Position numbers and translations under genes: made by a program
Shown here: in pieces, positions 8,789 to 18,887 of the stretch
How positions within the stretch are numbered: the first letter of the stretch is position 1
Layout of the letters: each line of letters opens with the position of its first letter
Source: an uncultured Planctomycetaceae bacterium
GTDB lineage: Bacteria > Planctomycetota > Planctomycetia > Pirellulales > PALSA-1355
Reading direction: 5' to 3'
Assembly (NCBI GenBank): GCA_963785305.1
Contig: CAWAUV010000005.1
Location: 608,001-672,000, forward strand
Length of the DNA stretch: 64,000 nt
The notes under the pieces: model-generated
Databases searched by the model: none
The model's input: the letters and a program-made list of their open reading frames with translations, nothing else
Told to the model about the DNA's origin: nothing

Positions 8789-10228
8789 TCACCTACTCTC
8801 GATCAATGTAGTTCTTCTTTTGGAGCTCCGTGAATTTGTCGTGCGTTCGGCGAGGGAATCAATCACATCCACGATCAAAACGTGCGTGCCGCTTTCTTCT
8901 CTTGTCGTTCGGGGCGGAAAGTTTCTGATCTTGAGCGGCGCGGAAGTTCCCGCCGCGCGGATTATGATTTGCGCGTCCACGCCGAATTTCGCGGCGCGGG
9001 TCTCGGTGACTATCGCATGCGGCGACTCGATGTTCGGAGTGAGGTTCCGTCGGGCCGGTTCGTTCGCGGTGTCGATCCGCCAGGTCGGCAGCAGCCGCGC
9101 TAGTTCGCGAGCATGCTCCGCCGATTCGACCAGGATGGCCACCCGCGGATCTTCTCGTGTACCTAATTGCCCAACTACTATGTGCTCGCGCATGTGCTCC
9201 AGCAGCGCCCTGTCAGGATTGTCCGCGAGCCCAACCGCCATATTGGCGACGAGCTTATTGCGCGCGGCATTCAGCCAAAACCGTTCTCGCTTTTGCGTCA
9301 GGCGAGAGCCCGCTCTCCGCGGCTTTTTTCCTTCCGCTAGGAGGTATGTTCTCGCGATCTGTTTTCGCGGTCGTCGGCCTGTGCTGATCACGGGACCGGT
9401 CAGCGCCTGGAGCGCGAAGTTGCGCCAAGAGTCGTTACGACGGTTGCGCTGGACGAGCGCGAATCGCCGCCGATAATGGGCGTCGCCGTGCCATCGTCGG
9501 TTGATCGCGCTCAGGCCCCAGAGTTCGCCGCCATCGAGCACTATCAGGATGTCTCGCCGATCATCACGCGGCAACATGTGTGACGTGCCCACGAGGATGC
9601 GACCGATGCGCCGCACGCGACCGCTGACGGCCAATCGTACGTCCTTGCTCAGTTGCTCTGCCAACCGATTCCGGCATTCGATCACGGCGCGGCGAGTGGC
9701 GGCGCAAATGTCGATTCGCCCCCGCGGCCAAATCCGCGCCAACTGCCCAACGACATCGATCGCGTCGGCGACGTCGGTGACCTCGACCTGCCCCAGGGGA
9801 TTCGCGAGCATGGTCCGTAGCCGGCGGCGGTCACGCGCCGGGAGCTCGTCGAGATATTGTTTGGCCCGGGCGAGCCGCGAGCTCCGTCGTCGCTGATCGA
9901 CGATTTGTGCGCCGATGCCGTCACGGCCAAGCCGCTCCACGACGCGCTCCATCAGCCCGGCCGGGAAAAAAAGCAATCCGCCCCCCCTCTTGCATACCTG
10001 AGCGAACATCCGCGGTGAAATTTCATCGTCGATTCCATGTGGCCCGTCCAGGCGATGCGTTATGCGGTTGTACGTCAATGCGTCCACCACGATCTCCAGT
10101 ATCCCGGGGGGACATTGGCCGAGCGTGGCGTGTAGACGACTGTCAACTGTGATCGTGACGTGATGGTTTGACATGGCGTTCGCAATTCCATTAGCGCTAA
10201 TGCATACAAGTTTCAGTATTTTTCGCAA
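8789..10228 (-). CDS. SF2/DEAD-box helicase-like protein lacking Walker A/B
   Basis: Layout resembles phage-type SF2 helicases (FPAGL, ILVGT, N.ARN.L+A, AIL+E..EH..EL, +D...+I.A.G, +IVD+.D). There is no GxGKT and no DExH; the expected position reads ILIVLDG. Confidence 0.55.
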   Translation of the reverse strand: MRKILKLVCISANGIANAMSNHHVTITVDSRLHATLGQCPPGILEIVVDALTYNRITHRLDGPHGIDDEISPRMFAQVCKRGGGLLFFPAGLMERVVERLGRDGIGAQIVDQRRRSSRLARAKQYLDELPARDRRRLRTMLANPLGQVEVTDVADAIDVVGQLARIWPRGRIDICAATRRAVIECRNRLAEQLSKDVRLAVSGRVRRIGRILVGTSHMLPRDDRRDILIVLDGGELWGLSAINRRWHGDAHYRRRFALVQRNRRNDSWRNFALQALTGPVISTGRRPRKQIARTYLLAEGKKPRRAGSRLTQKRERFWLNAARNKLVANMAVGLADNPDRALLEHMREHIVVGQLGTREDPRVAILVESAEHARELARLLPTWRIDTANEPARRNLTPNIESPHAIVTETRAAKFGVDAQIIIRAAGTSAPLKIRNFPPRTTREESGTHVLIVDVIDSLAERTTNSRSSKRRTTLIESR

Positions 10229-10326
10229 GTGCGGACCTGCTCCAACGGCGTCCGATGTGGATTACCGGGCGAAGCTAGGACTTCTGAGCAAGTACATGTA
10301 TTCAGCCTCAGCCAATGCGGCGACAT

Positions 10327-10668
10327 TCAGCCGACCGAGGCCGGATGCACGTCGCCGCCCATTCCGCCGGCAATTAAACGATCGACTTGGTCGTGCGCGA
10401 TAAGCAACCGCCCTTTTGGCCCGCACCCCGCGATTCGCACCGCCTTGATACGGCCCTCACTGATCCAGCGTCTCACCGTATAGGGCGTCCGGCCGACCAA
10501 CTCGGCGACCTCCTCGACTGCCAAATTCTCCTTCCGTTTTTTTGAAAGCTGGTCGCGAATGTCTTCGACAGCGATCTTTAGGTAATGAAGAATTTCGATC
10601 ACGTCCTTTGTCTCGCCACCAGACCGCGGCGGAATTTGATCCGCGGCCGCGCTTAAAAAATTTTTCAC
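10327..10668 (-). CDS. Excisionase-like helix-turn-helix protein
   Basis: LAVEEVAELVGRTPYTVRRWISEGRIKA, an HTH_17/Xis-type pattern. Confidence 0.85.
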   Translation of the reverse strand: MKNFLSAAADQIPPRSGGETKDVIEILHYLKIAVEDIRDQLSKKRKENLAVEEVAELVGRTPYTVRRWISEGRIKAVRIAGCGPKGRLLIAHDQVDRLIAGGMGGDVHPASVG

Positions 10669-11301
10669 CTATGATGTCTCCAGCGATGGTTGCGACCGGA
10701 GACCGTCGACCCCGAGGTGAGACAGATCCGGCCTTGTTGGCCCGAACCGAGGGAGAAGCAAGCATCGAGGAGCCAATGGCAAACGGCCAAAAGCAGAGGG
10801 GCAGAGGCCCCATGCAATAAAGCGTCCAGAACCGGCGCACGCGCCAGCTTCTTACTCAGTCCCGGCCGGTCTAATTGGACGCTATAGGAGAAAAGAACTC
10901 CCAAGCAGATGAAAGGGACTACCCCGGTCGGCCAGCAAAGAGGCTCGAAATACCGAGCCTCAGCCCCTTCAACTCTATTTATACAACGCACGGCCTTTGG
11001 CGGCAAGGGTATCGCATGGAATATTATTCCGAGTCGATAATGCAATACCAAAGGCGACGGAAAAAGATCGAATCGTTATGGAAGCAAACAAGTCTAAGCA
11101 GGTGTGCTTCCGAGCTTGCGAACCGTGCAGTTGCCGGATCAGCTTCCGAACTGGATTGGTGCGACCGACGACAAAGTGGCATTGGCTGACAGGCCGCGGC
11201 TACCCCGCGGCGCGTTGAAGCCGGTGCCCGGAGGGCGCGTTATACCAGCCAGCGATTGGTTGGGTGTTTTCTGTTATTGCCGTGATATGATCGGTCGCGA
11301 C

Positions 11302-13616
11302 CTAAATTCTCGCGGCTTCCGAGAATCGATCCGCACATGGCGATTCCGGCCAAGTCTGGATAATTCGGGCGCTGGCCGGAGCGGATAGGCCGCGCAGGAT
11401 CGGCCACTGTGCCGCCATCAGTATTCCTTCCGGGTCCTCTAGAGCTTGAATCAGCGACTCCGTATGCTCCTCAGGCACTTCCAATAGAACCTCGCCATCG
11501 ATCACCGCCACGAGCTCAAGGCCGCCCGCCACGATCGCATAGGCGATTGCCTTCATTGCCTCGTCGGCGACCAGCAACCACTGCTGACGTTTGGCCTCGC
11601 AGGCAAAACCCGGCGACGCCACACGGCCGGCGGCCGTGATCAGACGGTAAGTCAGAACACGGTCGACGATCTCGTCGTCGTTCTCCGGTTCGGCCACGTT
11701 ATGGCGGCCACGGTGTTCGTTGATAAACATCCATAGCGGGCTGTCGCGATCGCCACCCAGCAGCGTATTCCGCAGATGATCATCGAGAGTAGCATGACCG
11801 AACGCATTTGGAAAAGCACGACGGGCGACGTCGACACCGACGTCCAGCACCGCGCAAAGCCTGTGGAAAACGTTTGCATCGAGAAATCCATTGATCTCGT
11901 AAGCGACGGCGTTCGCGAGCGAGGCTCTCAAGCGCCGCACGCGGGATTCGGACATTTCTTCGAGGCCATAGCGAGTCTTCAATAAAACACTGAGAAGTGA
12001 GTCCGGAAGCCCCAGCGGTATTGATTCGAGCAATGCTCGGCCGATCAAGCGATGCTCCCGCGGTAAATCGGCGTTAATCGGATCTACCGCATCGTCAATC
12101 CCCGGCGCCCGGCGCCAGAAGTCGAAGCGCTCGCCGCGAATTCATGATCCTGGGCCGAAAGAAGCTCTCCGCCGGCAGAGCGATATAGGTCGGCAGCAAT
12201 CTCGTTGATCGGCTCGACGTTTTCCTCAATAGACTCGAACGGCCCGGAAAAATAATGATTGGCGAGCCGAGCAACGTGGCCGAGGCCATGTCCCAAGCAA
12301 ACCTTGGCAAAGCTACGGATCTTCAGATCCGAGAGGCTGACGACAACGAACGAATTCCCGTCGTGCGGGCGAAATATCGGGGCATTGATATCCTTGACGG
12401 CCTCCAAATTCGGGCCATGAGAGCCAATGACCGGATATACGTCAAATCGAACGCAGGCCTCGTTATCGCTGGCCACAACCGAGTCGAGTTCGATCAACTG
12501 GTTAAGCTTCCGCCAAGCGGACAAGCCGCGATCGCAATCGGCCCACATCCCCCATTGCTCGGGATCGAAGGAAGGTTGCCCATCGCGCGTCTTGGGGAGC
12601 GTTGCCGACATGCCATGGAGATCACACAGACGCGTCGAAAAGCTCAGCAGCCAGTTCTTAAGCTCGTTCGCGTGAATACATGGGCGCCCGTTCTCGCGCT
12701 TCACGGTGGGCGGCGCGTTGGGCTGCCATTGGAAACACGGCTTCGCGGCCGCGTCGTCCTTGAGCTGTCGGCACGCGGACTGAAATCGCGATTTGCAATG
12801 TTCCTGAAACCCGGGTCTGTGCTCTGAATCGATTCGTAGGCTGGGCCGCGATGGTCGCTGCAACGCGATGGCCGCTTGAACATCGATCCCGACGCCCAAG
12901 ATGCCGAAAGGCTGTTCCACCAGCGGCGCGAGAGTTTTCAGCTTCTTTCCATTGAAAGCGAGGTCGCGAATGCTTTGGAATTGCTCTTCTTGATCCGGTG
13001 TCATGGTAACCGCGGCGGGTGGTCCGACGAACGCTCTGTCGATCCGCGACCGAATCTCGGTAGCCTTGCTCTCGAGTACTGCATGCAATTTCAGTGTCGC
13101 GTCGGCCAGTTGATCGAGCGAGCGGAGAAGGATCGCCGTCTTTTCCGGACCGCCATGCATGGCCGCGTCAACCATTTCCTGGACTGCGTCCTGGGTGGGC
13201 AGTTCTCGCTCAAGCAACTTTTGCGCGAGTCGTTTCAGGGTGTTGCCGCGGCCGATCGGTCGCATCTCGTAATTGCGGATCTGCTGGTCCAATAAACCTA
13301 TATCGATCAGTCGCGCCTCGCGCGAATAAGCCCAAAGCGTCTCCTGGGCATCGCCGTCTCCGATCGTCGCTTGATGAATTCGCCAGTGCAGGGAAGCGGC
13401 GTCGTGACAAACCAAGACCGCATCCCGGTGATCCGAGAGAAACGTCGCAAACTGGTCGGGCCTGATGACCGCCGCGCCGGCGCCAGAACGAGCAGCCCCC
13501 ACCAGAATTCCCGATGCGGTCCCACCGCCACCTACCCGCGTTTGGAACACGACGAGGGCGATCGGTCCGTCTCCAAGCGGTTTCTCTGCCCATTCTGGAA
13601 GCTGAGGATCATTCAT
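11302..13616 (-). CDS. Family A DNA polymerase homologue, catalytic motifs degenerate (indel ~12050-12130)
   Basis: N-terminal exonuclease-like region (LVCHDAA, IDIGLLD, TLK.LA..LL..ELP). GPNL..V....R.IFRP..G..FVVVSLSDLKIRSFA at the motif A position; AFPN at motif B; Q..VADEAM.A...LVAVIDGEVLLEVPE at motif C. Likely start is ATG 13616. Confidence 0.7.
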
Positions 13617-13659
13617 TTTGCGGTGCTTGAACTTACGACCGGGTTTTTGGCATAACGTT

Positions 13660-14908
13660 TCACGACGTAGTTTGGAGCGAAAAGCATTCAATCGCCGCTC
13701 GGCGGTTTTTGGGAAACAGGTGGCGGTATCGCTTGCGCATCGCCTCAGTCGTGTGCCCCATGAATTCGTCGATAATCCGTTGGTCAACCCCGGCCGCCGC
13801 CAGGTTCGACGCGAAAGAGTGGCGAAAAGTGTGAAAGCCGATTTTGTACCAGTTCCGCTTGCGATCCAAGCACCAGGTCGTGTCGCGCATCGGCGCCCAA
13901 AACAGGCGGTTAGCCGCGGCGGGACTCAATGCCGCCGATGACGTTCCATCCGTTAGCACGAGTTGCCCCGCCGGATGGTTTTCCTGCCATCGCTGGAGTG
14001 TGGCTTTGAGTTCGAACGTGAAGGTCGATGTGGCGGCTGACTTCCGCCTTCGTGCGGGACTGCTTTCGGCTCCGGGCGGTGATGAAATCATGGTCGAAGT
14101 CGATATCGTTCCAGCGCAACCGCAACAACTCCCCTCGACGCATGCCCGTGTACGCCGGTATCGCGTGCAGCAGGAACGAAACTGGGTTTTTGGCTCGCTC
14201 CCGTACGGTCGCCAGAAGTTCCGCAATTTCGCCAGGAGCGAGGTACAAGTTGTCCCATTGATCCAGCGCCTGTTTATTGTCCAAGCCGCCGCGGTTCAGA
14301 ATTGTTTCGATTTCGGCGGTCGTCTTAAACGGGTCCGGGTCCCTGGCGCCCTTGAAAGTCGGCAGGCTATTCGTCGGCGGCTCGAACGGCGGAACGTCAT
14401 CCTGCAACTGAACCCATTTGTAGAACAGGGTGAGCGTGATGCGCGCCCGATTGACGGTTTGACCGTCGCGAGTTTGCTTGAGATTCCGCAAAAAGGCTTC
14501 CAACTGGGTGCGGGTGACGAGATTGCAGGGCTGGTCTGCCTTCTTGGCCAAGAACTCGGCGAGTTGGTTCAGGTGCGTGCGCTGGGAAACCAGATAGCTT
14601 TCGGCGACCTCGCTCTCCTTGGCGGCGCGGTAGCGATCCATCAGGGTCTTTGTGCTGGGGAACACGCGCGGCGACGCGGCCTTGGGCGGCGGCGCCCAGG
14701 TCCCACCGCTGACGATGAAGTCACCGGCGTCCACGTCGGCGGGGACGCTTAGTTGGCCGGTGTGCAGTCGGTGGAGGGTCAGGTGGACTACGTGCAATGC
14801 GCCCCGCGCGTCGGGCTCGCTACGCGTCTTGAGCGACTTCTTGAACTCTTTGCCCCGATAGCGGAAGCGGACGACGTAGACGCCGTCCTTGGTGCCCAAA
14901 TTGGCCAT
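13660..14908 (-). CDS. Tyrosine recombinase/integrase (indel ~14020)
   Basis: AYTGMRRGEL, SRKQ, FHTFRHSFAS, MGH and terminal RY catalytic set; lies next to a tRNA 3' end. Confidence 0.93.
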
Positions 14909-15001
14909 GCCGCAGCTCCATGTGGCGAGACACTTTGGTGTCTGTTACACGGGTTGGGACCATCCCACCCGTTTGCCACACGATGCAACGTGAACGCCCT
15001 A

Positions 15002-15046
15002 TGAGGCACTATTGAGGCACCGGCGTCCTATTATAGGAGCGCCGGT
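15002..15046. repeat. Probable integrase arm-type direct repeats and inverted repeat at the att junction
   Basis: TGAGGCAC at 15002-15009 and 15012-15019, plus the imperfect palindrome CACCGGCGTCCTAT-T-ATAGGAGCGCCGGTG. Confidence 0.45.
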
Positions 15047-15085
15047 GAAGGCAAGTGATTGACGTAAGTCCTTGTCGGATAAGAA

Positions 15086-15168
15086 TACCGGAGGTGGGAC
15101 TTGAACCCACACACCCTTGCGAGTACCGGATTTTGAGTCCGGCGCGTCTGCCATTCCGCCACTCCGGC
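15086..15168 (-). tRNA. tRNA-Leu(CAA)
   Basis: GCCGGAGTGGCGGAATGGCAGACGCGCCGGACTCAAAATCCGGTACTCGCAAGGGTGTGTGGGTTCAAGTCCCACCTCCGGTA. Long variable arm, CAA anticodon, no encoded CCA. Confidence 0.97.
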
Positions 15169-15407
15169 TCAGCGGACGATTGCAACCGCAATGGCCAGCT
15201 AAGTATTTGATCTCAAGGAGCTTAGTATCTCGATCGGCGCCTGTCAATCCGGGCGCGGCGACGACGAATAACTGGGCGGAGAAAGCATCGCTTCTCGAAT
15301 GATAAGCGATTGGACCTGCTTGAAGGGCGCAATCACGGGAACTAGGATGGAGAGACCAAAGACAATGGGCTCATTAGGGCCATCCTGAGTATCCCGAGAG
15401 GAACCGA

Positions 15408-16052
15408 ATGCTTCGGGTGAATATCGGTTGCGGACAGACGCCGACCGCCGGTTGGAAAAATTTCGACAATTCCTGGAGCATTCGCCTTTCCTCCCATCCC
15501 ACGGCGACACGATTGCTATCCCTGGCCGGATTCATCACGCCAACACGAATGTCGTTTTTGACGATGGCTCGGCGGGCCAACATCCAGTGGGCCGACGCGA
15601 CCCGAAGAATTCCGCTCGAAACCGGCAGTGTCGACGCTTTGTATTCCAGTCATATGATCGAACATCTGGATCGCGCCGAGGCGAACCGGTTCTTGAATGA
15701 GGCCCGGCGTGTCTTGCGTTCGGGGGGGGTGCTTAGGTTGGCGGCGCCGGATATACGATTTCACGTGGACAATTATCTTACGGACCTCGACGCCGATCAC
15801 TTTATCGCCATGACGCTGTTGACCCGCCCGCGGCTCCGCGGCTTGCGAGCTAAACTCAAGTATTTGGCCGTCGGCGATCGCGACCACCAATGGATGTACG
15901 ATGGCAATTCACTCGTCAAATTATTGACCGCCGTTGGTTTTGCCGATGCGCGCGTAATGCCGGCGGGAGCGACTTTGATTTCAGAACCGGCGGCGCTCGA
16001 TCTGAGCGAGCGCTCACCCGAAAGCGTGTTTGTCGAAGCGTTGAATCCCTGA
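15408..16052 (+). CDS. Class I SAM-dependent methyltransferase
   Basis: VNIGCG, VDALYSSHMIEHL, RRVLRSGGVLRLAAPD. Confidence 0.9.
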   Translation: MLRVNIGCGQTPTAGWKNFDNSWSIRLSSHPTATRLLSLAGFITPTRMSFLTMARRANIQWADATRRIPLETGSVDALYSSHMIEHLDRAEANRFLNEARRVLRSGGVLRLAAPDIRFHVDNYLTDLDADHFIAMTLLTRPRLRGLRAKLKYLAVGDRDHQWMYDGNSLVKLLTAVGFADARVMPAGATLISEPAALDLSERSPESVFVEALNP

Positions 16053-16202
16053 ACTCTAGCCACGGAGGGCGAACATGTCGGGCGAGCTGTTTGCACGCCA
16101 AGTCGGATCGCGGTCTGGTGCTTCGCGGACCGGCGGCACGAATCGGCGGCCCCGTGTTGGGCCGTGCCCTTCCATGCGTCCTTCTGAAGGGAGTTTCGAG
16201 CG

Positions 16203-17576
16203 ATGAGTGATATCGTTCAAATCGCGACCGGCTGCGCGCTGCTTGCGTCCGTGACGATCGCGCTCATCGTGGCGCCGCGTCTATGGTGGGTTTTCTTCGC
16301 CACCATGATTTGGGCGAGCACGTTTTCATTTGGCGCGGTCGACATCTCGAAATTGCAAGAGCAGGAATGGTCGGAAGCGGCGCAACTCGCGCCGGCGATC
16401 CGTCGCATCTCCGATTACAGCCGGCCGGTTTGCGGCATTATCTTGGTGGCGCTCACGGTCAGTGGGCTGACCCAGCAGCGAGGATGGCGGAACAAAAGAA
16501 TCGTCAGTGCCGCGATTTTTCTCATTGCCTTGGAGTGGTATTACTCGCTGCGAATGTTGCTCGGCGAATCGATTGGCGCCCGACCCATTTTCGCGGCGAT
16601 CACGTTTTTGCTTTTGGCCGTGCATTTCGCGGTGGTGCTCCCGAATCGCACCCAATCGACAGCGGATTTTCACAGAACCGTCTATGCGATCGCGCTCGCG
16701 GGCGTGTTTTTCGTCGTCGGCGTGTATGTGCAAATGCTGTTCGACTCGCGAGCGCTCTACGACAACCAGGGACGCATGCGTGGCACGACCTACAACGCCA
16801 ATCACGGCGGGCATACCTGCGCCGCGTTTCTCATTCCCATGATTTGGCTTGCGTTCAACGGCGGATTTAAGAAACATCTCTCGCTTGTTTGCATGGCTTT
16901 GTCGGCGATACTTGCCTTTTGGGTTCTGAAGTCTGGCTCTCGGGGGGCGATGATCGCCACGGTCGTCGGCCTCGTGCTCACGCTGCGGACCCATCGCAAA
17001 ACATTGCTTTGGGCCCTCCCTTCTCTCGCGGCGGTCTATTTGCTCGTCGCTCAGTTCAATCAAGACGTTTTAGTCGACACATCGCGAGCAACGACCGCGC
17101 TCGACACGCGCAGCGCCGCCTGGAAAATGGCGTTTGCGCAATGGCAAGCTTCGCCGATCTGGGGATATTGCAGCGGCGAGACTTTTTTTGTCGAGAATAG
17201 CTACATCTCCGCGGCATGCGCCTTTGGAATCGTGGGGCTCGTGCTGATCGTCGCTTTTACCGTGACGGCCGCTGCCGCCGGCTGGAGATTGAAACAAGAC
17301 TTCGCGCATTCCGCAAATGCGGCCACTTGTCAACGTCGCGGTCGGCGGGGTCGCGATGATTTTGACGATTGGCGTGTTCGAGAGTTTCCTGCTCGGCATT
17401 TACACCGTTTGGGTCTATTCGCTGTTTACGTATTTACGCAAATGGCGTTTTTGCAGGATTGGCTCGCGCAGCGGGCGGCCGCGCGGCGACTCGATTCGCG
17501 AGAGGCGATTGCGCGAGCGGCCCTCTGGTCGCCGGGTGTTCCCGCGACGGGATCGGCCGCGGGTTTGGCGCCCTGA
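16203..17576 (+). CDS. O-antigen ligase/Wzy-like membrane protein (indels near C-term)
   Basis: Multiple TM segments, R.RG...NAN, SGSRG, SPIWGY, ENSY. Confidence 0.8.
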   Translation: MSDIVQIATGCALLASVTIALIVAPRLWWVFFATMIWASTFSFGAVDISKLQEQEWSEAAQLAPAIRRISDYSRPVCGIILVALTVSGLTQQRGWRNKRIVSAAIFLIALEWYYSLRMLLGESIGARPIFAAITFLLLAVHFAVVLPNRTQSTADFHRTVYAIALAGVFFVVGVYVQMLFDSRALYDNQGRMRGTTYNANHGGHTCAAFLIPMIWLAFNGGFKKHLSLVCMALSAILAFWVLKSGSRGAMIATVVGLVLTLRTHRKTLLWALPSLAAVYLLVAQFNQDVLVDTSRATTALDTRSAAWKMAFAQWQASPIWGYCSGETFFVENSYISAACAFGIVGLVLIVAFTVTAAAAGWRLKQDFAHSANAATCQRRGRRGRDDFDDWRVREFPARHLHRLGLFAVYVFTQMAFLQDWLAQRAAARRLDSREAIARAALWSPGVPATGSAAGLAP

Positions 17577-17660
17577 ACTTCGTGCAATTCTTGTATGCCC
17601 GCTGCCTACCGGGCTTGAGTACAATCCGACGCCACTTTTTCACTCCGGCGCCCGTTCTCC

Positions 17661-18848
17661 ATGGCTCTTCGCGTGCTGCATGTGATCGCGTCGCCGGATT
17701 GCCGCCGTGGCGGGCCACAGTTTGGCCTCATCGGCTTGGCGCCGGCCCAGCAAGGGGCTGGAGTCCAGGTTGAAATTGCGGCCAGTTATCAGCCCGGCGA
17801 GCGATTTGACATTCAGTCGCAGTTGGCGTCGGCAAATATCCCCGTGACCTTGATCGGTCCGACGCATGGCCCCCTGCGCCGTGCGCCCAAAATGCGATCC
17901 ACGCTCGACGGACTGATCGCCCAGGCCGATATCGTGCATATCCACGGGCTCTGGGAAGAAGTCGTGCATCAAGCGGCCCGCGGCGCCCGGGCCGCCGGGC
18001 GACCTTATGTGATCACGCCGCATGGAATGCTCGATCCTTGGAGTCTCGCCCAAAAGTGGCTCAAAAAGCGGCTCTATCTCGCTTGGCGGCTGGAGCGCGA
18101 CCTGCGCCAGGCGGCGGCGATTCATTGCATCACCGATGTGGAGCGTCGCCTTGCCGCGCCTTGGATCCCGGCAAGCCATGCCATTGTCGAACCGGCCGGC
18201 ATTCAGCTCCGCGACTTCGATCCCGCCACGTCGGGCGAACCGTTTCGCCGCCAATTTCCTGAAATCGGAAATCGGCGAATCGTGCTGTTTCTTAGTCGCG
18301 TGCATCCCAAGAAAGGCCTCGACCTGCTGATCCCGGCAATGAGCGACTTTCGCGGCGAAGACATTGTGCTGGCGATCGTAGGGCCGGGCGACGACGCCTA
18401 TCTGCGAGAGCTTCATGTGCTCATCCGCAATCATCGGCTTGAAAATCAGGTCGTTATTACCGGCATGGTAGATAATTCCATCCGCGTTTCAGCGCTGTCG
18501 GCCGCCGAACTGCTGGTGCTTCCCAGTTATCAGGAAAATTTTGGGCTCGTGGTGGTCGAAGCTCTGGCGATGGAGCGTCCGGTGGTGGTATCGGACCAAG
18601 TGCAGATTCAAGAAGAAATCGAGCCGGCGGGCGTCGGCTCGGTGGTTTCGCTCAATGTTTCGCGACTGACGACCGAAATACGTCGCTGGCTTGACGACGA
18701 ACCCGCCCGGCGCGAGGCCGGGCGCCGCGGGCGGGTCCTGGTCGAGCAACGATTCACTTGGCCGCCGATCGGAGCCCGGTGGTTCGGGCACTATCAGCGC
18801 TTACTCGACGAGAATGAAAATAGAAACGACTCGCGCCAACACTTGTAA
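17661..18848 (+). CDS. Glycosyltransferase family 4
   Basis: VHIHGLW, PHGML, FLSRVHPKKG, PSYQENFGLVVVEALA. Confidence 0.93.
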   Translation: MALRVLHVIASPDCRRGGPQFGLIGLAPAQQGAGVQVEIAASYQPGERFDIQSQLASANIPVTLIGPTHGPLRRAPKMRSTLDGLIAQADIVHIHGLWEEVVHQAARGARAAGRPYVITPHGMLDPWSLAQKWLKKRLYLAWRLERDLRQAAAIHCITDVERRLAAPWIPASHAIVEPAGIQLRDFDPATSGEPFRRQFPEIGNRRIVLFLSRVHPKKGLDLLIPAMSDFRGEDIVLAIVGPGDDAYLRELHVLIRNHRLENQVVITGMVDNSIRVSALSAAELLVLPSYQENFGLVVVEALAMERPVVVSDQVQIQEEIEPAGVGSVVSLNVSRLTTEIRRWLDDEPARREAGRRGRVLVEQRFTWPPIGARWFGHYQRLLDENENRNDSRQHL

Positions 18849-18887
18849 ACATATCTTCGATCGACGACCGCAAGCGAGATCAGCCCA

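Larger units (their letters stand above)
1..15110 (-). mobile_element. tRNA-Leu-integrated genomic island (left end not seen)
   Basis: Integrase abuts the tRNA 3' end; co-oriented Xis-like, polymerase-like, helicase-like, RT and cas cargo; visibly lower GC than the flank. I found no duplicate of the tRNA end in the window. Confidence 0.75.

Noticed and set aside
6800..8790. Group II intron
   Set aside because: No domain V (GAGCCG...GAAA...CGGTTC) or domain VI after the RT stop, no GTGCG 5' boundary at the start of the leader, and no interrupted host gene.
8202..9476. 424-aa plus-strand ORF and other long antisense ORFs (e.g. 60309-62075, 38986-40197)
   Set aside because: These are shadow ORFs of high-GC genes on the opposite strand, with no recognisable motifs.
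3900..10300. Diversity-generating retroelement
   Set aside because: No TR/VR pair differing at adenines and no Avd-like gene seen. The RT has QGGPLSP rather than the DGR-type G..xSQ.
10665..11189. ORFs 10665-11051 (-) and 10875-11189 (+)
   Set aside because: Mutually overlapping, atypical composition, no motifs; more likely an intergenic regulatory region.
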